Origin: a virus
Taxonomy: Duplodnaviria > Caudoviricetes
DNA: 58,463 bases
Strand: one strand, 5' to 3'
Virus record (IMG/VR): IMGVR_UViG_3300021197_001974
Coordinates: 1-58,463 of that record
The translations under genes were made by a program, and so were the position numbers. The notes beneath the pieces were generated by a model that did no database searches, was not told the DNA's origin, and saw only the letters and a program-made list of their open reading frames with translations. This document shows positions 45,375-53,750 of the stretch, piece by piece; position 1 is the first letter of the stretch, and each line of letters begins with the position of its first letter.

Positions 45375-46704
45375 GCTGCTCCCTCTGATAAACATATCCA
45401 TACATCGCCAGCCAACGAACCGCCGCACGAATATTGGTATCTCTTGGTGTCGTTGTCACCGTACCTGCGTATCCAATGTATAGATTTTCCCAGTTTATTC
45501 TACCGGATACCAGTTCACCCAGCAAACCAGCTGGCGCTGTAAATTCTGCCGTTCTGCCGTCAAAAGACTCACTAGGACCTATGACTATCTCTGAACTGCA
45601 GTCCATGTCAGAGGCGCTAAAAGCCACTTTGCAGCCAACAATATCAACATTAAACTCTATAAAGTGAACTCTTTTTTCTACAAAAGTGCGAAAACCTCGT
45701 AAAAAATTACCCAATCCTTGTTGCAAGTATTCACTGGTTGGAGCTTCATAATTTTTATATGAATCGCACCCGTTAACCCGACCATACTTCTCATAAAAAT
45801 TATAGGACTCTGATTTTAGTGTCTCTTCGGATAGAGATATGCCAGGAAATTGATTACGCACTTCGATAAAATCAAATGTATCCCCTGGCATCATGTCTAG
45901 CACTGTGGTCTTGTAGTCTCTATAATTGCAGAGGTTTCTTACATGAGCATTTGTTTTAAAGGATGTTCTTTCCCGAAGATCGTCGTTGTCTTTTATAAAT
46001 GCAGCTGCATATCCAGCATAGTTCAAGAATTTGCCGGCGCCTAGACGATGAGCGTTTAGCAGGCTTCCATCTATTATGTTGTCCACGCGCTCGTTATGTA
46101 TTCGCAGCTTCTCCTCTTTTGTGTAATCCGTATAAATATTTGGGTACCCATCAGCTAAGTTGCATTGTGACATATACAAAACATCGCTGCTTGCGAACTT
46201 ACTGGTGTCTCTCTTTAGCCTAGCATATGTTTCGCCCTCTAGTCTTTGCCAATTATCATTAGCATGGATTATAAAGTTCTTTGGTGTCTCTACAGTCAAT
46301 ATTGCATCGTCGGCAGAGATATCATCGTTAATGTATGACTTTATTGTAAAAGCACCACATTTCATCCCCTCTATTGAAGCTTGATCAATATTTGTAAAGC
46401 CGCCCTTCTTAACTCTACTCAAAACACCCTTTGAGCGATACTCGGGTATGATGATTCTTGTGTCTTTGGGGAAAAGTGACAAAAAATCATCATCTAGGTG
46501 ATCATCGTGACCGTGGGATATAAGAATGCTAAAATTTGGGCTCTGCTTAGCCAATGCCACTAAATAAGCAGGGTGCACGCTCACCGGAGGAGTTGGAAGC
46601 CAGCTCCCAAAAGCCGGCTTTTCAAACCACGGGTCAGTTAAGAGAAAATGTTCCCCCTCCTGAATCAGCACTGAGCTATGAGTTATTAACTTTATACTCG
46701 CCAT
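45361..46704 (-). CDS. CMP-Neu5Ac hydroxylase (CMAH)/NamH-like metallo-beta-lactamase-fold protein lacking a Rieske domain
   Basis: THSS, TDPWFEKPAFGSW, ISHGHDDH (HxHxDH), ADGYP...EEK, YAGY, PGDTFDF, WENLYIGY match CMAH-family blocks. No CxH/CxxH Rieske motif. Confidence 0.75.
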   Translation of the reverse strand: MASIKLITHSSVLIQEGEHFLLTDPWFEKPAFGSWLPTPPVSVHPAYLVALAKQSPNFSILISHGHDDHLDDDFLSLFPKDTRIIIPEYRSKGVLSRVKKGGFTNIDQASIEGMKCGAFTIKSYINDDISADDAILTVETPKNFIIHANDNWQRLEGETYARLKRDTSKFASSDVLYMSQCNLADGYPNIYTDYTKEEKLRIHNERVDNIIDGSLLNAHRLGAGKFLNYAGYAAAFIKDNDDLRERTSFKTNAHVRNLCNYRDYKTTVLDMMPGDTFDFIEVRNQFPGISLSEETLKSESYNFYEKYGRVNGCDSYKNYEAPTSEYLQQGLGNFLRGFRTFVEKRVHFIEFNVDIVGCKVAFSASDMDCSSEIVIGPSESFDGRTAEFTAPAGLLGELVSGRINWENLYIGYAGTVTTTPRDTNIRAAVRWLAMYGYVYQREQRVKQ

Positions 46705-47392
46705 CGCTAAAAATCTTCTTTGTTGTTAGGTCGTGATAATCTAAATGGGTGCATCCATCCGGGTGAACCTCTGCCAATTGATCAAATAAAAGGATTCCTC
46801 TTGCAGCGTCCTCTGGAGTCATATACATGTTCCAACCTATTAGCTCAAATTCGTCCTTATCATAGGGCACCTCAAGGTGTCTGCCCTCGAATGCTGCGAC
46901 CCTAAGCCACCGACTAGCTTCAGGGTCGTCGGTTAAAATCATACCGCCCTTACCAATCGGCAGTCTCTTTTTAATTTGAAATGAGAGACACTGTAGTGTG
47001 CCCTTCTCGTACATGTCTTTTGTAAATCTAACCGCGCTATCAACAACGGGGTATGGATCCAAATAATAGATCCCGCTCCACTCGTAGTCTTTGAATTTTA
47101 TATCGCACCCAGCTAAAACTGCTGCCATTGGGGCGGAGACATACGTTCGCGATGGAAACGTAATCTCATCCGTTGCTTTAAGATACTTTAAAGACAAAAA
47201 CAAAGCATCAGTGCAACTGTCAACCGCAACAGCATACTTGCTGCCAGCATACTCGGCAATCTTATTCTCAAAGATGGTGACTGCATCTCTGGGGTCATTG
47301 ATATCGTATCCAGACTCCTTTAACATATTAATTTCAGGTCGCTGGAAATGATTGGGCAACTTGCCCAGTGGCCAAGGATTGTATTCACTCAT
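46676..47392 (-). CDS. DegT/DnrJ/EryC1/StrS PLP-dependent sugar aminotransferase (short form)
   Basis: FENKIAEYAGSKYAVAVDSCTDALFLSL, DSA, CLSFQIKK (PLP Lys), GKGGMILTDD, GWNMYM. 238 aa. Confidence 0.85.
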   Translation of the reverse strand: MSEYNPWPLGKLPNHFQRPEINMLKESGYDINDPRDAVTIFENKIAEYAGSKYAVAVDSCTDALFLSLKYLKATDEITFPSRTYVSAPMAAVLAGCDIKFKDYEWSGIYYLDPYPVVDSAVRFTKDMYEKGTLQCLSFQIKKRLPIGKGGMILTDDPEASRWLRVAAFEGRHLEVPYDKDEFELIGWNMYMTPEDAARGILLFDQLAEVHPDGCTHLDYHDLTTKKIFSDGEYKVNNS

Positions 47393-48336
47393 TTTTGTAT
47401 TCTTTCAATTTCGGATATCAAATTTAATGCCATGTGCTTCCATGTGTATTTATTAATAATCATATCATAAGCATTGTCAACTATTAAGGATCTTTCGTCT
47501 TCGTTGTCAAGATAGTAGGACAACTTATCTGTAAAGTCAGATAGATCATTTTCATACGTCACACAATTAACACCATCAACAAATAATCCACCATATTGTT
47601 CTGGCATGTTGTTACACATTAGCAAAGTTTTTGAAAGCATCACTTCAAAATATCTTGGGCTCACATCTTCTGTGGGACCTGTGGTTGCCAGCCACACGTT
47701 ACATTCATTAATTTTTTTAGCGTAATCCTCTACAGAGCTGATTCTATAATTCAACGTGTTGCTGGAATTCCAAAACGCATTAAACTCACTACCCCTCAAG
47801 ACTTCTTGGATCCTAGTTCTCAAATTTTTGGTTGGTCCTTTAATCTTATTATTCCCATGAAGGGCGCCAGAAAAGCCTATATCGTAAGTTTTCGGAACGT
47901 CTCGTGGGTGAAAGATCTGTGGACTGGCTGTAAACCAAGATCTGATTGATTTTGTTTCGGCGACCTCGCCATGCTTTTTATAAGTTGACTGCGAATCAAG
48001 GAGCAAATCAGCTTTATTAATCTTACAAAAATGTAATTTTTCTGACAGTAGTGATTGTGGCTTATGAAGCATACACACGACTGGGATATTTATGTTGTCT
48101 AGTCCAACAATTTTGCCATAAACGCCTGGGTTTCCTTGTGCAAAATACCCTAACCCGAATATTATGCAATCAACCGTGCCGTCAATACGGCTTAGCAAGT
48201 CATATATATTAGGCACTGGACCCTGGTAAACAAGCACCGTTGCCAGTTCTCGCAACTCTCTATATAAATCCCCATAATACTGATATTGATGAGAGTCGCT
48301 GATCATACCTCCCGAATCAATATAGAGAATGTTCAT
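47389..48336 (-). CDS. GT-B glycosyltransferase (CgeB/GT4-like)
   Basis: YDIGFSG, YAKKINEC, SPRYFEVMLS, FVDGVNCVTY, YYLDNEDER, KYTW. Confidence 0.8.
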   Translation of the reverse strand: MNILYIDSGGMISDSHQYQYYGDLYRELRELATVLVYQGPVPNIYDLLSRIDGTVDCIIFGLGYFAQGNPGVYGKIVGLDNINIPVVCMLHKPQSLLSEKLHFCKINKADLLLDSQSTYKKHGEVAETKSIRSWFTASPQIFHPRDVPKTYDIGFSGALHGNNKIKGPTKNLRTRIQEVLRGSEFNAFWNSSNTLNYRISSVEDYAKKINECNVWLATTGPTEDVSPRYFEVMLSKTLLMCNNMPEQYGGLFVDGVNCVTYENDLSDFTDKLSYYLDNEDERSLIVDNAYDMIINKYTWKHMALNLISEIERIQK

Positions 48337-49223
48337 CGTGAGTTATCTTTCACACCAGGGGCATAATCTTGAAGATGTCGTAGTGCGCCCTGCTCGTGAT
48401 AACCCTCGTCAACAGTCTTAAGATCGTATATATGGTCGCCGCGATGTATTAGATAGAACAAACTATTGATGTCGTTATCGCCCCATCTATATTTATAAAT
48501 TCCGCCATATCTGTTAACCGCTGTAATCCACTGCTTCCACTCTTCACTCTGAAACATTTTTAACTTTATTACATAAGAGTCTGCGACAGGATAAGAGTGA
48601 AAGCTTTGATCGCTCTCCGGGTCTGTTAGCAAATTTTGCATAAATTTTGATTTTGGGGTTATATCATAATGCTTAATGTAGCTTTGAATAAATTTCCACA
48701 AATTGACTCTTGTATCAAAATTACCTTGATGTGGCTTTCTAATCGTTTGATCTACTATCTTCATCGCCCCCATATCTTCGGGGCGGCTTTCCATAATTTC
48801 AAAAAAGTTATATGGAACATCTTTTACAAACATCGACTCGTCATCAATGCTCATAGCATAATCAAATTCTTCAAAATCAGTATTGGGGTATCCATAAAAA
48901 TTACTCATGAAGTGGCACATATGGAGGTACCCCTTTCTTGATGGGGGAAATTGTGTCCTAGAATACCAAATTTCATTTCTATTATAGAAAAGCTCGTCCT
49001 CTTTTAGATGCTCAGGTGTCTTGTAGGGTAGTGATCTAAATAACACATTTTGACCCGTATCTCCAACAATTTGACTTTGCAGCTCGGGAGAGTCATAAAT
49101 GTCGTCAAAATAAAAAACATAAACTGGGTAGTCGTGTTTGTGATTGAACTTTTCCCAGAGAGATTGTAAACAGGGCTTAATACACTTCACCCTAGAAGAG
49201 ATAACAGTAATACACGCTTTCAA
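48333..49223 (-). CDS. GT15 (Kre2/Mnt1-like alpha-1,2-mannosyltransferase-like) glycosyltransferase (TTG start)
   Basis: FNHKHDYPVYVF, GYLHMCHF, FDYAMSIDDES (DxD-like), GGIYKYRWGD correspond to GT15 FN...YP, YRHMCRF and GGFFYERWGD blocks. Confidence 0.7.
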   Translation of the reverse strand: MKACITVISSRVKCIKPCLQSLWEKFNHKHDYPVYVFYFDDIYDSPELQSQIVGDTGQNVLFRSLPYKTPEHLKEDELFYNRNEIWYSRTQFPPSRKGYLHMCHFMSNFYGYPNTDFEEFDYAMSIDDESMFVKDVPYNFFEIMESRPEDMGAMKIVDQTIRKPHQGNFDTRVNLWKFIQSYIKHYDITPKSKFMQNLLTDPESDQSFHSYPVADSYVIKLKMFQSEEWKQWITAVNRYGGIYKYRWGDNDINSLFYLIHRGDHIYDLKTVDEGYHEQGALRHLQDYAPGVKDNSR

Positions 49224-49224
49224 A

Positions 49225-50121
49225 CTAGCCTCCTTGATTTAAATAACTTAGTGCTAGTGTCGCGTCCTCTAAACCACACAGGGCGCCTTTATGTCCTGTT
49301 TTTATATAATTAACAAAAGAAGATAGCTGACTATCCAAGGCATCTTCCCTCTTAACGTACAAAGGCTGTGTCTTGTAGCTTGAGTTGTCAATACTCTCGT
49401 ATTTTATTGCACTAAGGTTCAACAGATCAACCTCATAATAGCATGTTTCTGTTAGAATCTTAATCTTTCTTTCTCGGAATGGTAGCATCCAGCTAGTGAG
49501 CATATTAGCACAAGTGCCATCTTCAAATTTAACCATAAACGCAGCAGTATCTTCATTATCAGTAACGTTATTACTAGAAGCTTGTGTGCAGCTTGAGATT
49601 TGCTTTTGTGTTAGTAGGCGAACTAGATCCATGTCGTGAATCCCCAAATCTAGCTTAACACCAACATCCATAATCCTGCCGGGATAAGGGCTCATCCTAG
49701 TTGTAGCGCAGTGCAATATATTTTGACCCTCTAATTCTGGAAGGATGGCTTGGATCGCCGGGTTAAATCTTTCAATGTGTCCAACTGCTGCTAGGCAATT
49801 GTTCTTTTCCGAGAGGGAATGCATTCTTTTCGCTTCATCTACATTGTGTGCGATAGGCTTCTCAACGAAAAGATTAAAACCCCGACTTAAAACCTTTGTT
49901 GCAATAGCCGAGTGCGTAGAAGTTGGGGTCGCGACAACGACAAAATCTAATTTTTCCTTATTAAGCATTTGATCAACATCTGTATAGAAGTTAACACTGG
50001 ATCCTTCTAAGCTCTTTTGGTCACAATCTACGACGGCTACCAAATCAACTAATTCTGAATTTGCCATAACTCTATAGTGCTTTTGACCCATTGAACCAAG
50101 TCCAACTAATCCTGACCTCAT
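49225..50121 (-). CDS. Gfo/Idh/MocA oxidoreductase (WbpB/WlbA/GnnA-like sugar 3-dehydrogenase)
   Basis: GLGSMG, ATPTSTH, EKP, VGHIERFNPA, DVGV..DLGIHDMD. Coupled to a DegT gene. Confidence 0.85.
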   Translation of the reverse strand: MRSGLVGLGSMGQKHYRVMANSELVDLVAVVDCDQKSLEGSSVNFYTDVDQMLNKEKLDFVVVATPTSTHSAIATKVLSRGFNLFVEKPIAHNVDEAKRMHSLSEKNNCLAAVGHIERFNPAIQAILPELEGQNILHCATTRMSPYPGRIMDVGVKLDLGIHDMDLVRLLTQKQISSCTQASSNNVTDNEDTAAFMVKFEDGTCANMLTSWMLPFRERKIKILTETCYYEVDLLNLSAIKYESIDNSSYKTQPLYVKREDALDSQLSSFVNYIKTGHKGALCGLEDATLALSYLNQGG

Positions 50122-51221
50122 AGCGATACTAGCTCCTTAACAACATGTAAAAGCTCTTCTTGTTTTAAGTCTGGATATATTGGCAGGGCTAAGACTTCAT
50201 TGCAAGCTTTTTCGCACACAGGAAAATCTCCCTGGGTATATCCAAGGCTAGAAACACAAGGTTGTGTATGTATCGGATATGGATAATAAACAGCGCAGCC
50301 AATACCCTTGTCTGTCAATAGTTTTTTCATTGTGTCTCTATCTTCTACCCTTATGACATACTGATTATATACATGTCGACACTCTGCTAATTTATGTGGA
50401 GTTGCAATATTTGAAAACCTATTGAGATGTTCATTGTAAAAAGAGGCGTTATTTGCGCGACGATCACTCCACTCGTCAATATACTTTAGCTTAACATTCA
50501 AAATACCAGCCTGGAGTGCATCTAGTCTAAAGTTGCCCCCAATGTGATCATAGTGATAGGGGTTGCTCATATCAATGCCGTGCTGTCGTGTGCGCAACAT
50601 CTTGTTATATAGAACCTCATCATTAGTAGTAACCATTCCTCCATCACCAAAAGCCCCTAGATTCTTTGCAGGGAAAAAACTAAAGCAACCCAGAGTCCCC
50701 ATGGATCCAGCGCGCCTATCGTTCCAAATTGCCCCAACTGCCTGCGCGGCATCCTCAATAATGTCCAGGTCGTGCCTATTGGCTATATCAAGGATTGCGT
50801 CCATGTTTGCACATTGTCCAAATAGGTGAACAGGTATGATTGCCTTTGTCTTATCAGTGATGGCATTTTCTATTTTTGTTGTGTCAATGTTAAATGTCTT
50901 TTCACAAATATCAACAAAAACTGGTGTGGCGCCTCTTCTTATGATCGCCTCCACTGTGGCAAAAAAGGTAAAAGGAACTGTGATTACTTCGTCACCAGGA
51001 CCAATATCTAGAGCGACTAAAGACATAATAAGGGCGTCAGTGCCAGAACTGCAACCAACAGCAAACTTCGTGCCGCAGTATTTTGCAAAATTTTGTTCAA
51101 ACTCCTGAACCACTGGTCCATTGACGAACATTTGTGTTTCCATAATTGATTCTACGACTGGCAGTAGCTCGCTCTTTAGGTCCTTATACTGTCTGGTTAA
51201 GTCTAATAATTTTATGTTCAT
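50118..51221 (-). CDS. DegT-family aminotransferase (WbpE/WlbC/GnnB-like)
   Basis: SSGTDAL, PFTFFAT, PVHLFGQ, IEDAAQA, SFFPAKNLGAFGDGG, GGNFRLDALQA, HVYNQY, LALPIYP. Confidence 0.92.
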   Translation of the reverse strand: MNIKLLDLTRQYKDLKSELLPVVESIMETQMFVNGPVVQEFEQNFAKYCGTKFAVGCSSGTDALIMSLVALDIGPGDEVITVPFTFFATVEAIIRRGATPVFVDICEKTFNIDTTKIENAITDKTKAIIPVHLFGQCANMDAILDIANRHDLDIIEDAAQAVGAIWNDRRAGSMGTLGCFSFFPAKNLGAFGDGGMVTTNDEVLYNKMLRTRQHGIDMSNPYHYDHIGGNFRLDALQAGILNVKLKYIDEWSDRRANNASFYNEHLNRFSNIATPHKLAECRHVYNQYVIRVEDRDTMKKLLTDKGIGCAVYYPYPIHTQPCVSSLGYTQGDFPVCEKACNEVLALPIYPDLKQEELLHVVKELVSL

Positions 51222-52129
51222 TGGCTTACAATCTCCGTTAAAAACTTCTTATATTTTTTTGCAACACCATGCATGCCAACATCATCTAGCTTGTTCCACA
51301 CATTGTTCACTTTGTTTTCAAAATTTAGGACGGGAGGCTTATAAAGCTCAACAGGGTTAAAATCCCATTCCTCTTCTTCAATAATGATTGAGTCGGGACC
51401 AGCAATTTCTTTTGTGCCGCCAGCAGACGTGCAAATCACAGTACATCCGGCAGCTCTCGCGTCAACAACTACATTTGGACAGTGATCCAGCCACGCTAAG
51501 TGTAGGAAATATTTTGACCTTTTATAGATAGAAGTTAGATCATGTACACCTATATTGCCAACGTAATACACTCTATCGTTTATGATTGGATCTTCCGTTA
51601 TCTGTCCAGCCACAATTAGGCAATCCTTTTCGCCCGCGTGCTCAAGAAAATATCTAATATTTTCATTTAGTCTTTTGTGAGGTCTCCAGGAGGCTGCGCA
51701 GCACCAAAGTGTGTCATACTTGTCCAATATGTCGCCCTGAATAGGCTCGACTTGGCTGATATATTCAACATCAGCACCATTGTGAATAACCCTATAGCTC
51801 TTATGTCCTCCAAAATACTTTGTTATCAATTTTCTATTAAAGTCAGATTGAAACACCACGCCGTTTGCATTGTTGTAGGTCCTCTGTATGTTAGTATTTT
51901 GAAGTAGATAATCTTGAGAACTATTGAAATAGATCCCATCTAATCTTTGAACTAGGGGAACCTCATCAAAGTTTCCCCTATATGACTCAATAAAACAAAG
52001 CCTAGCATCTGGAAACCTGTCTTGTTGGAAGGTGACGTCTAGACTTTGTAGATATCTTAAAATTTTGCCAGCAAAATGATTGGGACCGGAGGTGCTACTT
52101 AAATTAACATTCTCAAAATGCACATTCAT
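51218..52129 (-). CDS. GT4-family glycosyltransferase
   Basis: SGPNHF, QRLDG, VFQSDF, IHNG, WRPHKRL, DHCPNVVVDARAAG, GGTKEI. Confidence 0.85.
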   Translation of the reverse strand: MNVHFENVNLSSTSGPNHFAGKILRYLQSLDVTFQQDRFPDARLCFIESYRGNFDEVPLVQRLDGIYFNSSQDYLLQNTNIQRTYNNANGVVFQSDFNRKLITKYFGGHKSYRVIHNGADVEYISQVEPIQGDILDKYDTLWCCAASWRPHKRLNENIRYFLEHAGEKDCLIVAGQITEDPIINDRVYYVGNIGVHDLTSIYKRSKYFLHLAWLDHCPNVVVDARAAGCTVICTSAGGTKEIAGPDSIIIEEEEWDFNPVELYKPPVLNFENKVNNVWNKLDDVGMHGVAKKYKKFLTEIVSQ

Positions 52130-52130
52130 A

Positions 52131-53750
52131 TTAATACTTCCTTGCGTACTTTTTCTTTTTTCTTATCTTCTTCATAAGATCATGTTGCTTTTGTGCTTTT
52201 GTTTTGTTTATCGCGTTAGGGTTTTGTGTATTATAGACATAGGTTACCTCGGGAACGTACATCGCCTTATCCCCAGCCATCTCCAACATGGGGAACATCA
52301 TGGCTTGATCATAGGTCATCTCAAAGAACTTGCCATCATCGTCCTTAAGATCCTCGGGGTCAACATCTCTCCACAGTGAATATCGGTATGTCTTCAAATG
52401 TGATGCTCTCCAGGTATCCTCTCTGAAAGAGTTACTTTCTATCACATGCTTAGGGTACTCACTAGCTTCTGCTCCGATTGTTGCCCTAGGAAATTCCACA
52501 AAACTTCCGTATGTTAACATGCAGCCATCGTTGTAATATTCATTTAATCTAGAAAGCACGTTTCTGCTTGATAGCCAGTCGTCGCCATCTAATACTACAA
52601 TAACATCTTCGGGGTTTGGGTCTGATTGTACAATTAGGTCATATATGTTTTGAAGTGCGTATTTCTTTTCTTTGTTCTGGACGGCATGAAAATTTTCAAG
52701 ATGTGAGATAGCCTGCAGGCACCTTTCGTAAGTGCCATCTGTGGAGATGTCATCGCCGATGAAGCAAGAGAAATTGCTATAATTTTGTGCCTTTACGCTC
52801 TCTACTGCTTGGGCAATCCATCCCTCAGAGTTATAAACTGGTATTATAACCTTGAAGTGGGTGTTTTCATTTGCCTTTTGTTGTTTTTTTGGCACTGGTA
52901 GGTGTGAATTGGTGATTGTTTCGTTCCAAAATTCATTCGTCCTAGACCGAAGATAGTTCCAAGTCTTCTTTACATCGCCATTAAACCACTCTTCGTCTTT
53001 GTGCTGCACATTATCATTAAAAATAGTCTCACAGCCTAACAATTTAGCTTCAATAGCAGTTCTTGGGCATGTGTCTGCACCTCGGGGGAGAAATATAAAC
53101 CCTCGCGACTTGGCAAACTTGTTTAACATCTCTTGGTAGTTTAGACCCTTGAAGACTTCAAAATTTAAATTGTTACTTTTTGCATACTGTATGGAGTCTT
53201 GGGTGCCCTTAATCCAAGATGGTGAGTCTTGAATAAGCCACACATCTTCCTTGTTTGAGGTGTCCAAATTTTGTATATAATCTAAGGTCATTGAGTTAAA
53301 TACGGAACTAAGAACCTTGGTGCCATTTTTTTGCAAAAAGGGATATTTGCTCAAATATCTATCGCGCTGACCCGTTGACATAAACCATAGATTTTTTGCT
53401 TTTGCAAAAAATATTGATACAACTTTACCTCGTGGGCTATTTTCACAATCGCAAGACCCCTCCGCCACAACATGTTTTTCGGGTGATCTATACTTACAAT
53501 ATTTATAGTCGTATTCCACTGCACAATAATTTAAGGTTTTTGCACAAAACATCAACAAATCAGTTGATAAATTTGCAATATTTCCAAAAATCCAAAACTT
53601 GTTCGAATGTAGTTCAACTATATTCTTATTGAGTTCGTGAGATCGTACCTTTATGATAGGCAGGAGACCCCCATCTAAAATAGCCTGGGTCGTGAGTTCT
53701 GCTCCACCGACGTAATCTTCAGCAAAGGCGTCAGACACGCAAATAATCAT
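52131..53750 (-). CDS. Bifunctional glycosyltransferase (N-terminal GT-B/GT4-like + C-terminal GT2)
   Basis: N-half GGAEL, KG, DTCPRTAIEAKLLGC. C-half KVIIPVYN, DDISTDGT, VLDGDDWL. Confidence 0.85.
   Translation of the reverse strand: MIICVSDAFAEDYVGGAELTTQAILDGGLLPIIKVRSHELNKNIVELHSNKFWIFGNIANLSTDLLMFCAKTLNYCAVEYDYKYCKYRSPEKHVVAEGSCDCENSPRGKVVSIFFAKAKNLWFMSTGQRDRYLSKYPFLQKNGTKVLSSVFNSMTLDYIQNLDTSNKEDVWLIQDSPSWIKGTQDSIQYAKSNNLNFEVFKGLNYQEMLNKFAKSRGFIFLPRGADTCPRTAIEAKLLGCETIFNDNVQHKDEEWFNGDVKKTWNYLRSRTNEFWNETITNSHLPVPKKQQKANENTHFKVIIPVYNSEGWIAQAVESVKAQNYSNFSCFIGDDISTDGTYERCLQAISHLENFHAVQNKEKKYALQNIYDLIVQSDPNPEDVIVVLDGDDWLSSRNVLSRLNEYYNDGCMLTYGSFVEFPRATIGAEASEYPKHVIESNSFREDTWRASHLKTYRYSLWRDVDPEDLKDDDGKFFEMTYDQAMMFPMLEMAGDKAMYVPEVTYVYNTQNPNAINKTKAQKQHDLMKKIRKKKKYARKY

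Noticed and set aside
45361-46704. Antibiotic-resistance metallo-beta-lactamase, or a true sialic-acid (Neu5Gc) pathway
   Set aside because: No signal peptide, and length and motifs fit the CMAH-like class. No neuA/neuB/neuC or sialyltransferase in the window.
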